From: Lachnospiraceae bacterium
GTDB lineage: Bacteria > Bacillota > Clostridia > Lachnospirales > Lachnospiraceae
Reading direction: 5' to 3'
Assembly (NCBI GenBank): GCA_003542935.1
Contig: DPJQ01000217.1
Coordinates: forward strand, 1 to 35,859
Length of the DNA: 35,859 nucleotides
The translations under genes were made by a program, and so were the position numbers. Under the pieces are notes generated by a model, which saw only the letters and a list, made by a program, of their open reading frames with translations, searched no databases and had not been told where the DNA came from. Below are positions 17,708 to 26,106 of the stretch, in pieces (the first letter of the stretch is position 1; each line of letters starts with the position of its first letter).

Positions 17708-19240
17708 TTACCGTATCGCCTTTATCAAATAAAATGCTGTGAACCGCATATGGCCGCTTCGCAGATCGCCGCCGGTTTTCCAATCTCCGTAAGGCGTGGT
17801 TTTTCTTTTGTTGGAAGCGTAGCAGTCAAGAACCAGGTATCGGCCGTTTTTGTAATCGCCGATAGCCATGTAGTGCCCCGGTATACGCCCGACGGCGGTG
17901 CCGCCGTTTTTTAAATGATTTTTCAGAGTGGTGAGGCTGGAAGTGGACCCTGCGTAGGTAAATCCATAAGTTTTTCCGAATTTTCTGGCTGCCCCGTTGA
18001 AAAATGCCGCCGCAGTTCCCTGACCGGGGATTCGATAGCCTGCTCGTACGGAGAAGTCAGCGAGAACCATGGGATCTATATATTGCCCGTTCAGGGCATA
18101 GACCGCGTTTGTCAGGGAGAGCACGCCGCAGGCGGATGCGGCCATAGAATTTGTCTTACCGTATCCTTTGCTTCCCCAATCCGGGTCGTATTGGGAAAAT
18201 ACCTGATAATTCGTCCGGTTTTTATTGGTAGCCATGGTGAATCGAAACTGTTTTTTGCCTGATTGGTTTTGTGCACCCAGGGTAAATGTCCGGGATGCCG
18301 TCAGGTAGCCGTCTGTACCTGCGTTTTTGAGAAAAAAATAAGAACCGGATCGGGTAAGCTGCCAGATCTGTCCGGGATTAATTTCATCATTGACCCTTTC
18401 CAGTACTACCTGATTTGCGTGTCCCGCGTTTTCGGATGCTGCTGCCAAATGTATTTTTTCTTCGCTTTCAGGCGTCGCTGCAAGACATAGGCCGGTGGCG
18501 GCATGAATGATCTGATAACAGTTGTTTCCGACAAACTGAAGCTTAAATTTCTGCCGGGATGAGCTGTTTGCTTCTTTCAGGGACAGGCCCTTTGCAGAGC
18601 CCTCAATGTGTTGGTAAGGGGCGCTTTTGGGGGTCAGATAATAGGTTCCCTCTGCCAGAAGCTTCTTTTCACGGCTGTCATAATCCCAGCGGGTATAGTT
18701 GAGAACAGACTCTTTTATCCATCCGATCCGGTAATCGGACTGGCATTTGCAGATGACCTGATACCAGCTTCCTGACTTGCCAATGATTTCCATAGCCGAT
18801 AAAAAGGAGATAGTGCCGAAGGGCGAACCGGATTTTCTGCCGTATATGGTGCTCCTGCTTTTGGCCGCAGCCATTTCATGTTCATAAGCGGGTTGTCTGA
18901 CAAAGTCTTTTTCCCTGAACCAGCCGGATGTATTTCCCCGGCTGGTTTTGCAGGTTCCGTAAAACGCCTGATCCCTGTACTTTTTTAACTTTACCGTCAG
19001 AGCTTTACCCTTTACCGTACCGATTTCGGTTTTGCAGTCGGAGTTTTTGTAAATGGTAAGCTTTTCAGTGGAGAGAGGGTAAGCGGTAACTGTGTTTCCA
19101 TGGCCCATAATCTGGTATTTTGTGCCGTATGCATAAGAGGCGGCTTTGGCTTCTAAAGTCCGTTCCGGTATGCAGGCCGGGATAAAAACAAACACCAGCG
19201 CCAGCAGCATTGTCAAAAGATATTTTGCATTCTTTTTCAT
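17708..19240 (-). CDS. Secreted multidomain protein: signal peptide, SH3b-like repeats, ricin-type lectin-like region, C-terminal C39-like cysteine peptidase domain
   Basis: Start at the ATG at 19240 (AGGAGA RBS), giving MKKNAKYLLTMLLALVFVFIPA...AKA. Two SH3b-like segments (...SGWFREKDF; ...SWYQVICK...IGWIKESVL). QxW-like lectin repeats (QKFKLQFVGNNCYQIIH..., QIWQLTRSGSYFFLKNAGTDGYLTA). The C-terminus has ...SMAASACGVLSLTNAVYAL...GHYMAIGDY (Cys/His pair as in Peptidase_C39-like folds). Confidence 0.55.
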   Translation of the reverse strand: MKKNAKYLLTMLLALVFVFIPACIPERTLEAKAASYAYGTKYQIMGHGNTVTAYPLSTEKLTIYKNSDCKTEIGTVKGKALTVKLKKYRDQAFYGTCKTSRGNTSGWFREKDFVRQPAYEHEMAAAKSRSTIYGRKSGSPFGTISFLSAMEIIGKSGSWYQVICKCQSDYRIGWIKESVLNYTRWDYDSREKKLLAEGTYYLTPKSAPYQHIEGSAKGLSLKEANSSSRQKFKLQFVGNNCYQIIHAATGLCLAATPESEEKIHLAAASENAGHANQVVLERVNDEINPGQIWQLTRSGSYFFLKNAGTDGYLTASRTFTLGAQNQSGKKQFRFTMATNKNRTNYQVFSQYDPDWGSKGYGKTNSMAASACGVLSLTNAVYALNGQYIDPMVLADFSVRAGYRIPGQGTAAAFFNGAARKFGKTYGFTYAGSTSSLTTLKNHLKNGGTAVGRIPGHYMAIGDYKNGRYLVLDCYASNKRKTTPYGDWKTGGDLRSGHMRFTAFYLIKAIR

Positions 19241-19446
19241 TGGTTTCTCCTGAAAATGTATTTTTTGGGCGACAGCATATTCTGCCACATAATGTCGAAA
19301 TGATTATAACTCAAATAAGTCATATAATTCAATATATAACTCAAAGTAAAACTTGATGTTCTTGCGGTCTCAGCAGCAAGTGCTTCGACCAGTGCTGAAC
19401 AGTTAGCAAATTTTCTCTGTTTTGTAGGCGTAATATGAGTTTTATG

Positions 19447-19476
19447 TTGACATATATAATTTAAAAGAGTTATAAT
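19447..19476 (+). promoter_or_regulatory. Candidate sigma-A promoter for the 19507 gene
   Basis: TTGACA (19447-19452), 18-nt spacer, TATAAT (19471-19476), about 30 nt upstream of the start codon. Confidence 0.5.
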
Positions 19477-19506
19477 TTTGAAAAAACATCAGAAAGGAAA
19501 AGGATT

Positions 19507-20421
19507 ATGAAAAAACACAAAAAAATACACTATGATATCCTGGGTTTGATGTCTGTTTGTTTTTTGATGGGCATTTTTTTGGCAGTGCCGGTGAAAGCTG
19601 AGGCGGCCACCTTTCAAACAGGCTGGGGCAGTGATAAGATGAAAACAGGGAAATATTATGTCTGGGTGGATGATAAGTCGGATTCTGTTGTCGTTTCCAC
19701 ATCCCAATCAGGGGATGGACGGGTGATTGCAACAGCTTCCGGGAAACGTGAAATGAATGGCTCCTTTATGTCTGACGGTTCTACCGTTTTCTATGCAGAA
19801 AAGATTTATAAAGAGGACTATGCTCTTGATTATATTTATAAAATAAGTATTCAGGGGAAAAGACGTACATATATTGGCAAAATGAAGGATATGAACAATT
19901 TTGAAGCCTGCTATGGCGGAAATCTGTATGTATCCTGCTGGGATTTTCGGGAAGATTATCAGGGCGAATTCGATCCTTGCCACATTTATCGAATAAACAT
20001 AAAAACTGGAAAAACAAAATGTGTTGTAAAAAATGCAACTGTTGACAGCCAGTATAAACGGTATTTGCTCGCATCAGCGCCTACTGATGCAGCATATGCT
20101 CCGCGTAATTTCTATGTTTTTGATTGTAAAACCGAAAAAGCTGTCAGGATTGGTAAAAACATTCGATTTGCGTCTTTTTCAGCAAATAAAGTGTATTATG
20201 CGGAGGGTATCAATGATACGGCTATCCGTGTACTGAGCTGCAGTCTGTCCGGAAAAAATAAAAAGACGATTGTAAAGAAACTTACTGTAGATGGCGGCGC
20301 CGGAGTAGGGAGAATTACTTCAAAGTATGTGTATTACCTTAAAGGAGGGAAACCCCGCCGTTACAATATCAAGACAAAGAAGTCAGAAAAAATCAGTGAA
20401 AAAAAATATCTGTCCTGGTGA
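19507..20421 (+). CDS. Secreted repeat protein, DUF5050/TolB-like beta-propeller type (tentative)
   Basis: Signal peptide (...LMGIFLAVPVKAEA). Recurring blade-like motifs (VFYAEKIY..YIYKISIQGK; NLYVSCWD..IYRINIKTGK; NFYVFDCKTEK; KVYYAEG...SLSGKNKK; YVYYLKGG..YNIKTKK). AGGAAAAGGA RBS. Confidence 0.45.
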   Translation: MKKHKKIHYDILGLMSVCFLMGIFLAVPVKAEAATFQTGWGSDKMKTGKYYVWVDDKSDSVVVSTSQSGDGRVIATASGKREMNGSFMSDGSTVFYAEKIYKEDYALDYIYKISIQGKRRTYIGKMKDMNNFEACYGGNLYVSCWDFREDYQGEFDPCHIYRINIKTGKTKCVVKNATVDSQYKRYLLASAPTDAAYAPRNFYVFDCKTEKAVRIGKNIRFASFSANKVYYAEGINDTAIRVLSCSLSGKNKKTIVKKLTVDGGAGVGRITSKYVYYLKGGKPRRYNIKTKKSEKISEKKYLSW

Positions 20422-20448
20422 TACAGGAATAAAGTGTTTTGGAAAAAC

Positions 20449-20474
20449 GGCAGCGTACAGGCTGCCATTTTTTT
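20449..20474 (+). terminator. Rho-independent terminator after the 19507..20421 gene
   Basis: GGCAGC-GTACAG-GCTGCC hairpin followed by ATTTTTTT. Confidence 0.6.
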
Positions 20475-20624
20475 GCTTTTTCAGCCATTTAGATTATGTG
20501 AATATACGCAAAATACATACTCATTACAGTTATATATTAAAAAACAAAGCTCAATTATATATCTAAATTCTATTGCTAAAATTAGATAGAATAGGGGAAG
20601 ATATAACGAAAGTGAGGTGTATCC

Positions 20625-20960
20625 ATGATAGAAGATCAGGTGATTGAAAGAATTGATGCCCTGCGTCTGAAACGTCACTGGTCGTTGTACCGTCTGGCGA
20701 AAGAATCTGAGATCCCCTATTCAAACCTGAACAATATATTTAACCGTAAAACATGTCCGAGTATTCCGACTCTGGAAAAAATATGCGCTGGCCTGGGTAT
20801 GTCCCTGGCTGAGTTTTTTGATTTTCACACGCAGCCCGGGCCGGAAGATGGGCTGTCTGAGACGGAGGAAGATATCATATACGCCTTTCGCACATTGTCC
20901 CAAAGGGATAAAGAACTATTTCAGACCTATCTGAGCGCGCTGTGCCGACAGCTGCCGTAA
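20625..20960 (+). CDS. XRE-family helix-turn-helix transcriptional regulator
   Basis: 111 aa. ...LRLKRHWSLYRLAKESEIPYSNLNNIFNRKTCPSIPTLEKICAGLGMSLAEFF is a typical HTH_3/Cro-C1 domain. GAGGTG RBS. Confidence 0.8.
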   Translation: MIEDQVIERIDALRLKRHWSLYRLAKESEIPYSNLNNIFNRKTCPSIPTLEKICAGLGMSLAEFFDFHTQPGPEDGLSETEEDIIYAFRTLSQRDKELFQTYLSALCRQLP

Positions 20961-21001
20961 ATAATTAAATTTTTTTATCCTGAATGCCCGGTTACAAATG
21001 C

Positions 21002-21005
21002 ACCA
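21002..21005. repeat. Right copy of the 4-bp junction core (ACCA on plus strand)
   Basis: Identical to 14222-14225. It sits at the point where SleC-type sequence ends (codon W at 21005..21003). Confidence 0.6.
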
Positions 21006-21686
21006 CTCTGTATAGACACGGTTTAACGTAAAGGACATGATAGCCAGCACATTAGCCCGTATGGTGCTGTCCGGCCAGGTGGAGTAGATTTCGCTGCAGG
21101 CCACATTTTTTATATAGTCCCTGTATCGCACATAATAATTTGCGGCGGTGCTGTCTGACGGCACGCCGTCATGTACCACCACATATTCCGGTACCACGAC
21201 CCGGCTTAAAACGATCTCCCCGCTATCATCTACAGGCTTCACTTCGTCTTCAGGAATCTTTTCCGGGTAATCCCCAAACAGGGTATGGGCGGGAATTACG
21301 ATTCTCTCAAAATCCTCGCCTTCCGTCAGCGGTATCATCCGTATGGGCTGGATGCTGGTCTCGTTAGCCAGAAGTTCTGAGCCGCTTACATTGACGGATT
21401 CAAAACCCGGCACATCTACATGGATATTGTATTCCGAATAAGGCTGATATTCCGACGGCTCCAAACTGTATTCAAGGGGGGGCGTCATCAGCTCCACGGC
21501 CTCCGTCTGACCGGATTCATCGGTGGTCAGTTCTTCGATCACCTGATCCGGTTCTCCGGTGTAGGAGATGGATACTTTTGCCCCTTCCAGAGGTGTGTTT
21601 TCCAGCATGGATGTTACATCCACCCGGAGTCTTCCCCGGTCTGCGTTTTCCGTCTGCATTGCTCTCCAAAAACTTTTTTCCTGCAT
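21003..21686 (-). pseudogene. sleC: SleC-type spore cortex-lytic enzyme, N-terminal half of a split gene (ORF-track ORF 20916..21686)
   Basis: ATG at 21686 with AGGAG RBS. The 228 aa end in ...VVVPEYVVVHDGVPSDSTAANYYVRYRDYIKNVACSEIYSTWPDSTIRANVLAIMSFTLNRVYTEW. After W the frame runs 26 unrelated codons into the element (CICNRAFRIKKFNYL...) to a stop at 20916. Confidence 0.75.
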
Positions 21687-21714
21687 GGCAGTATGCTCCT
21701 GTATGCCTTTAGAT

Positions 21715-21741
21715 TATTTTATGAATGAAAAGAAAAGATGT
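21715..21741 (-). promoter_or_regulatory. Candidate sigma-K-type (mother-cell) promoter upstream of sleC
   Basis: The minus strand reads AC-N16-CATAAAATA (AC = 21741..21740; CATAAAATA = 21723..21715). This matches the B. subtilis sigma-K consensus AC-16/17-CATAnnnTA. It lies 27 nt upstream of the ATG, leaving room for the AGGAG RBS. Confidence 0.3.
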
Positions 21742-21900
21742 GAATGGGAAGAGAAAAGAAGAGTGATGAAAAGCTTTCCGCCATTTAATTATAGAAAAAA
21801 TATATAATGAAGTTTGGCTGATATGAGAGAAAATGTATAAAGAAAGCTGTAAAACGGACAGAAAGCATAGAAAAAAATACAAAAAAAGATTGATAAGTAA

Positions 21901-21929
21901 TTGTCAATTGCCTATGCATGGTATATTAT
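21901..21929 (+). promoter_or_regulatory. Candidate sigma-A promoter for hppA
   Basis: TTGTCA (21901-21906), 17-nt spacer, TATTAT (21924-21929), 35 nt upstream of the ATG at 21964. Confidence 0.4.
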
Positions 21930-21963
21930 AGTTAAAATACTTAAAAGCGAGGAGGAAAAAGAA

Positions 21964-24063
21964 ATGGATAACACTTTAGCGTTAGTTGCGCTGGGCGGTT
22001 CTGTTCTGGCTCTGCTGTTTGCCGTGGTCAAAGCAAAAGGAGTGCTGGCCTTTGACGAGGGCAGCGACCGTATGAAAAAGCTTTCCCAGTCTATCCGTAC
22101 CGGCGCCATGGCTTACTTAAGCCGCCAGTACAAAATACTGGTGATCTTTTTTGTGGCGATGTTTGTCGTGCTGGGGGTGATGGCGGCCCTTGGACTTTTG
22201 ACCTGGTTTGTGCCCGTGGCCTTTGTGGTGGGCGGCGTACTGTCCGGCCTGTCCGGCTATGTGGGTATGTCTATCGCCACGAGGGCGAACGCGCGGACGG
22301 CCAATGCCTGTCAGACCGGGCTGAACAAGGGACTGCAGATTGCTTTCTCTGCCGGTTCGGTCATGGGCTTTACGGTGGTGGGCCTGGGCCTGCTCTATAT
22401 CTCCGTATGGTATCTGGTATTGAAGATGGGGTTTGGCCTGAATGCGGAGCAGATCACCAGCGCTATGCTGACCTTCGGTATGGGCGCCTCAGCAATGGCT
22501 TTATTTGCCCGTGTGGGCGGCGGTATTTACACCAAGGCTGCCGATGTGGGTGCTGACCTGGTGGGCAAGGTGGAAGCCGGTATTCCCGAGGATGATCCGA
22601 GAAATCCCGCCGTTATCGCCGATAATGTGGGCGACAATGTGGGTGACGTAGCAGGTATGGGTGCGGATCTCTATGAATCCTATGTGGGCTCTATCATCTC
22701 TGCCTGTGCCCTGGGCTTTACTGCGTTTAACGGACATGCTTCCGTTGCGCCGGAGGCGGCGGTGGCTTTCCCGATGCTCCTGGCAGCCATCGGTATCGTC
22801 TGTTCCATGGTATGTACCTTCCTGGTAAAGACCGGGGAGAGCACGGAGCAGACTATGCTCTTAAAGGCGTTGAGCCGTGGTACGAATACCAGTGCCATCG
22901 TGATCGCCGTTGTGGCTTTCCCGCTGGTCTATATGGTGTTCGGCATGGAAAATGTCGGTATTTATCTGGCTATCATTTCCGGCTTGCTGGCCGGTGTGCT
23001 GATCGGCCATTTTACCGAATATTATACTTCGGATACGTATAAACCTACCCGTGACCTGGCGGCGGAATCCCAGACAGGGTCGGCCACCATCATCATCGGC
23101 GGTATCGGCCTGGGTATGCTCTCTACCATGGCTCCGATCATCATCATCGCCATCTGTATCATGTGTTCCTTCGGTTTCACAGGCGGTTTTGCCAATGCCA
23201 ATATGGGCCTGTACGGTATAGCCATCGCGGCGGTGGGTATGCTCTCCACTCTGGGAATCACGCTGGCCACAGACGCCTATGGCCCCATTGCCGATAATGC
23301 GGGCGGCATCGCAGAGATGGCCGGTCTGGATCCGGAGGTCAGGGAGAGGACGGATGCTCTGGATTCTCTCGGAAATACTACGGCGGCAACGGGTAAAGGT
23401 TTTGCCATCGGTTCGGCGGCCCTGACGGCTCTGGCTCTGATCGCTTCCTATGTGCAGAAGATCCAGGAGGTGGGCGGCGAGGCCGTGGCCCTGGATCTTA
23501 GCGTCATGAATCCTCCGGTGCTGGTGGGTATCTTTATCGGTGCCTGCCTGCCCTTTATCTTCGCGGCCCTGACCATGAATTCCGTGGGCCGTGCAGCCCA
23601 GAGTATCGTTATGGAGGTGCGCCGTCAGTTCAAGGAGATCAAGGGCATCATGGAAGGTAAGGCCGACCCGGATTACGCTACCTGCGTAGACCTGTGTACC
23701 AGGGCCAGCCTCCACGAGATGGTTATGCCGACGGTATTGGCTATCATCACCCCCGTGGCGGTAGGTCTGATTCTGGGGTACAACGGCGTGATCGGTATGC
23801 TGACCGGATCCACAGCCACCGGCTTCCTCCTGGCTATCTTCATGTCCAACTCCGGCGGGGCCTGGGACAATGCAAAGAAGCATATCGAGGCCGGGAATTT
23901 CGGCGGAAAAGGCAGCGACTGCCATAAGGCCGCGGTGGTCGGCGACACGGTGGGCGATCCTTTCAAGGATACCTCCGGCCCGTCGATCAACATCCTGATC
24001 AAGCTGCTGTCCATGGTTTCCATCGTGTTCGCGGCGTTGGTGGTGAATTTCCATATTTTCTGA
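21964..24063 (+). CDS. hppA: Membrane-bound proton/sodium-translocating pyrophosphatase
   Basis: 699 aa, polytopic. Hallmark motifs [77 protein letters not shown] and [26 protein letters not shown] before 21964. Confidence 0.95.
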   Translation: MDNTLALVALGGSVLALLFAVVKAKGVLAFDEGSDRMKKLSQSIRTGAMAYLSRQYKILVIFFVAMFVVLGVMAALGLLTWFVPVAFVVGGVLSGLSGYVGMSIATRANARTANACQTGLNKGLQIAFSAGSVMGFTVVGLGLLYISVWYLVLKMGFGLNAEQITSAMLTFGMGASAMALFARVGGGIYTKAADVGADLVGKVEAGIPEDDPRNPAVIADNVGDNVGDVAGMGADLYESYVGSIISACALGFTAFNGHASVAPEAAVAFPMLLAAIGIVCSMVCTFLVKTGESTEQTMLLKALSRGTNTSAIVIAVVAFPLVYMVFGMENVGIYLAIISGLLAGVLIGHFTEYYTSDTYKPTRDLAAESQTGSATIIIGGIGLGMLSTMAPIIIIAICIMCSFGFTGGFANANMGLYGIAIAAVGMLSTLGITLATDAYGPIADNAGGIAEMAGLDPEVRERTDALDSLGNTTAATGKGFAIGSAALTALALIASYVQKIQEVGGEAVALDLSVMNPPVLVGIFIGACLPFIFAALTMNSVGRAAQSIVMEVRRQFKEIKGIMEGKADPDYATCVDLCTRASLHEMVMPTVLAIITPVAVGLILGYNGVIGMLTGSTATGFLLAIFMSNSGGAWDNAKKHIEAGNFGGKGSDCHKAAVVGDTVGDPFKDTSGPSINILIKLLSMVSIVFAALVVNFHIF

Positions 24064-24187
24064 TTCCCTCTTGGCATGCCATATGTATTCTCACGGTCTG
24101 TGCAGTGCACCGAAGGTGTCCTTTGGGAAATGCACAGACCTGGATGAACTGTTACATCTATATACAGCATACCGGGTATACAAAAGG

Positions 24188-24221
24188 GGCCGTCCTGAAA
24201 ATGCTTCAGGGCGGCCTTTTT
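24188..24221 (+). terminator. Rho-independent terminator after hppA
   Basis: GGCCGTCCTGAA / TTCAGGGCGGCC stem (12 bp, one mismatch), loop AATGC region, followed by TTTTT. Confidence 0.75.
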
Positions 24222-24394
24222 GGGTATAGCGCTATAAGGGAGGATTCCGTAACAGTGAGGCCGGAAGGCTGAACTGTTACAGGATATCGTGGAAACCGGA
24301 AGAATTCCTATAGCAATGTTTTTGCGTAGCTGTTATAATGTATTTGGTTTGGTTCACAATAAGAAAGCGGCTGATGGAAAGGGTGTGGAAATAA

Positions 24395-26080
24395 ATGGAA
24401 ATGCGGAAAAAGAAACTTCCCATAGGGATCGAACATTTTAAAGAAATACGATCAGAGGATTTTTACTATGTGGATAAAACAGGGTTGATCAGAGATCTTT
24501 TGCAGAATTGGGGAAAGGTGAACTTGTTTACCCGTCCCAGAAGATTCGGAAAATCCTTGAATATGAGTATGCTGGAAGAATTCTTTTCCCTGGAGGGCGA
24601 TCAAGGCATTTTTGACGGACTGGAAATATCCGGAGAAACAGCGCTCTGTGAGAAATATATGGGGAAATATCCGGTCATTTCCGTCTCGCTGAAAGGGGTT
24701 GATGCCCGGACGTATGAAACGGCGTTTCAAATGGCGGTTCAGGTTGTCGAGGAAGCAGCCGCAAAGTTCTATTTTCTGCTGGACAGCAAAAAACTGAATG
24801 AGCACGACAGATCGGTGTATCAAAAACTGCTGGGTGACGATATGAATGAAGGCTGGCTCGGCAATAGCCTGAAGCTGTTGTCGGGGCTGCTGGAAAAACA
24901 CTATGATAAAAAAGTGATCCTTCTGATTGATGAGTACGATGTCCCTTTGGCAAAAGCTTTTGCGAACGGGTATTATGATCAGATGATCTCCCTTATACGC
25001 AATCTGTTCGGGCAGGTTCTCAAGACGAACAGCAGCCTGAAATTTGCGGTACTGACCGGCTGTCTGCGTATATCAAAGGAGAGTATATTTACCGGGCTTA
25101 ATAATCTGAAAGTATTGACCATTGCGGATGAGCGCTTTGACGAATATTTCGGATTTACGGACGGAGAAGTGAGAGAGCTCCTGGAATACTATGATCTGGC
25201 GGATCATTACGATACGGTCAGGGAATGGTATGACGGTTATCTGTTTGGCAATGTGGAGGTGTACTGTCCATGGGATGTGCTGAACTATTGTGACAGAGCC
25301 AGAAGCAGCCCGTATGCGCAGCCGGAAAATTACTGGATCAATACCAGCAGCAATGATGCCGTGAAACGGTTTATCCGGGAATCGGCAAATGCGACGACAA
25401 AGCGGGAGATCGAGCGTCTGGTGGCGGGAGAAGTCATCACAAAAGAGATCCATCAGGAGCTCATTTATCCGGAAATGTATAAAACAGTGGAGAATATCTG
25501 GAGCCTGCTTTTTACAACGGGGTACCTGACACAGCGTGGAAAAGCGGAGGGCAGGCAGATGAAGCTGGCTATCCCCAACAGGGCAGTTCGGGATATTTTT
25601 GTGACGCAGATCATGGATTATTTCAAGGAGAATGTCCGGGGGGACGGAGATACGCTGAACCGTTTCTGTGACGCATTGCAAAAGGGCGACGCAGAGGGCG
25701 TGGAGAGCGTTTTCAACGAATATTTGAGGAGATCGATCAGTATCCGGGATACCTTTATAAAGAGCGGCATGAAAGAGAATTTTTACCACGGCATCCTGCT
25801 GGGGATCCTGGGAGTCAAAGACCGCTGGGGCGTTTCTTCCAACCGGGAAATGGGCGAAGGTTACGCGGATATCCTCGTGGAACCGGATACCGAAGTTATG
25901 GGGATCATTATTGAAATAAAATATGCCCATGACGGAAATCTGGATGCCGCGTGTGGGGAAGCGCTGAAACAGATAGCGTATACAAAGTATGAAGACGATC
26001 TTTTAGACGATGGGGTAGAGCATATTCTGAAATACGGGATCGCGTGTTATAAAAAGAGGTGCAAGGTTATGCTGGCATAA
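24395..26080 (+). CDS. AAA-ATPase-like (PF09820-type) N-domain fused to a PD-(D/E)XK nuclease-like (PDDEXK_9/DUF1703-type) C-domain
   Basis: N-terminus KKLPIGIEHFKEIRSEDFYYVDKTGLIRDLL...LFTRPRRFGKSLNMSMLEEFF is the stereotyped start of this family. The C-terminus EGYADILVEPD...GIIIEIKYA fits a D...E-x-K nuclease core. A TGTTATAAT extended -10 lies about 60 nt upstream. Confidence 0.75.
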   Translation: MEMRKKKLPIGIEHFKEIRSEDFYYVDKTGLIRDLLQNWGKVNLFTRPRRFGKSLNMSMLEEFFSLEGDQGIFDGLEISGETALCEKYMGKYPVISVSLKGVDARTYETAFQMAVQVVEEAAAKFYFLLDSKKLNEHDRSVYQKLLGDDMNEGWLGNSLKLLSGLLEKHYDKKVILLIDEYDVPLAKAFANGYYDQMISLIRNLFGQVLKTNSSLKFAVLTGCLRISKESIFTGLNNLKVLTIADERFDEYFGFTDGEVRELLEYYDLADHYDTVREWYDGYLFGNVEVYCPWDVLNYCDRARSSPYAQPENYWINTSSNDAVKRFIRESANATTKREIERLVAGEVITKEIHQELIYPEMYKTVENIWSLLFTTGYLTQRGKAEGRQMKLAIPNRAVRDIFVTQIMDYFKENVRGDGDTLNRFCDALQKGDAEGVESVFNEYLRRSISIRDTFIKSGMKENFYHGILLGILGVKDRWGVSSNREMGEGYADILVEPDTEVMGIIIEIKYAHDGNLDAACGEALKQIAYTKYEDDLLDDGVEHILKYGIACYKKRCKVMLA

Positions 26081-26090
26081 CCTTGCACCT
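26057..26090. terminator. Hairpin between convergent genes; functional terminator mainly for the minus-strand GH13 gene
   Basis: 15-bp perfect stem AGGTGCAAGGTTATG / CATAACCTTGCACCT with loop CTGG. On the minus strand it is followed by CTTTTTA. It overlaps the stop of the plus-strand gene. Confidence 0.6.
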
Positions 26091-26106
26091 TGACATTCTT
26101 CCGCCG

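Larger units (their letters stand above)
14223..21002. mobile_element. 6,780-bp integrative/intervening element inserted in sleC (serine-recombinase type, no phage structural genes)
   Basis: It is bounded by the split halves of one gene and an identical 4-bp core. It carries a large serine recombinase at its left end, and its right part is visibly more AT-rich than the flanks. Boundaries are ambiguous by up to 4 bp in either direction because of the shared core. Confidence 0.7.

Noticed and set aside
24095-24140. 10-bp perfect inverted repeat GGTCTGTGCA / TGCACAGACC with a 26-nt loop in the hppA 3' UTR, upstream of the real terminator.
   Set aside because: It has no T-tract, no coding potential and no recognisable motif. 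It is probably a 3'-UTR stability or processing stem, and the sequence alone gives no basis for anything more.
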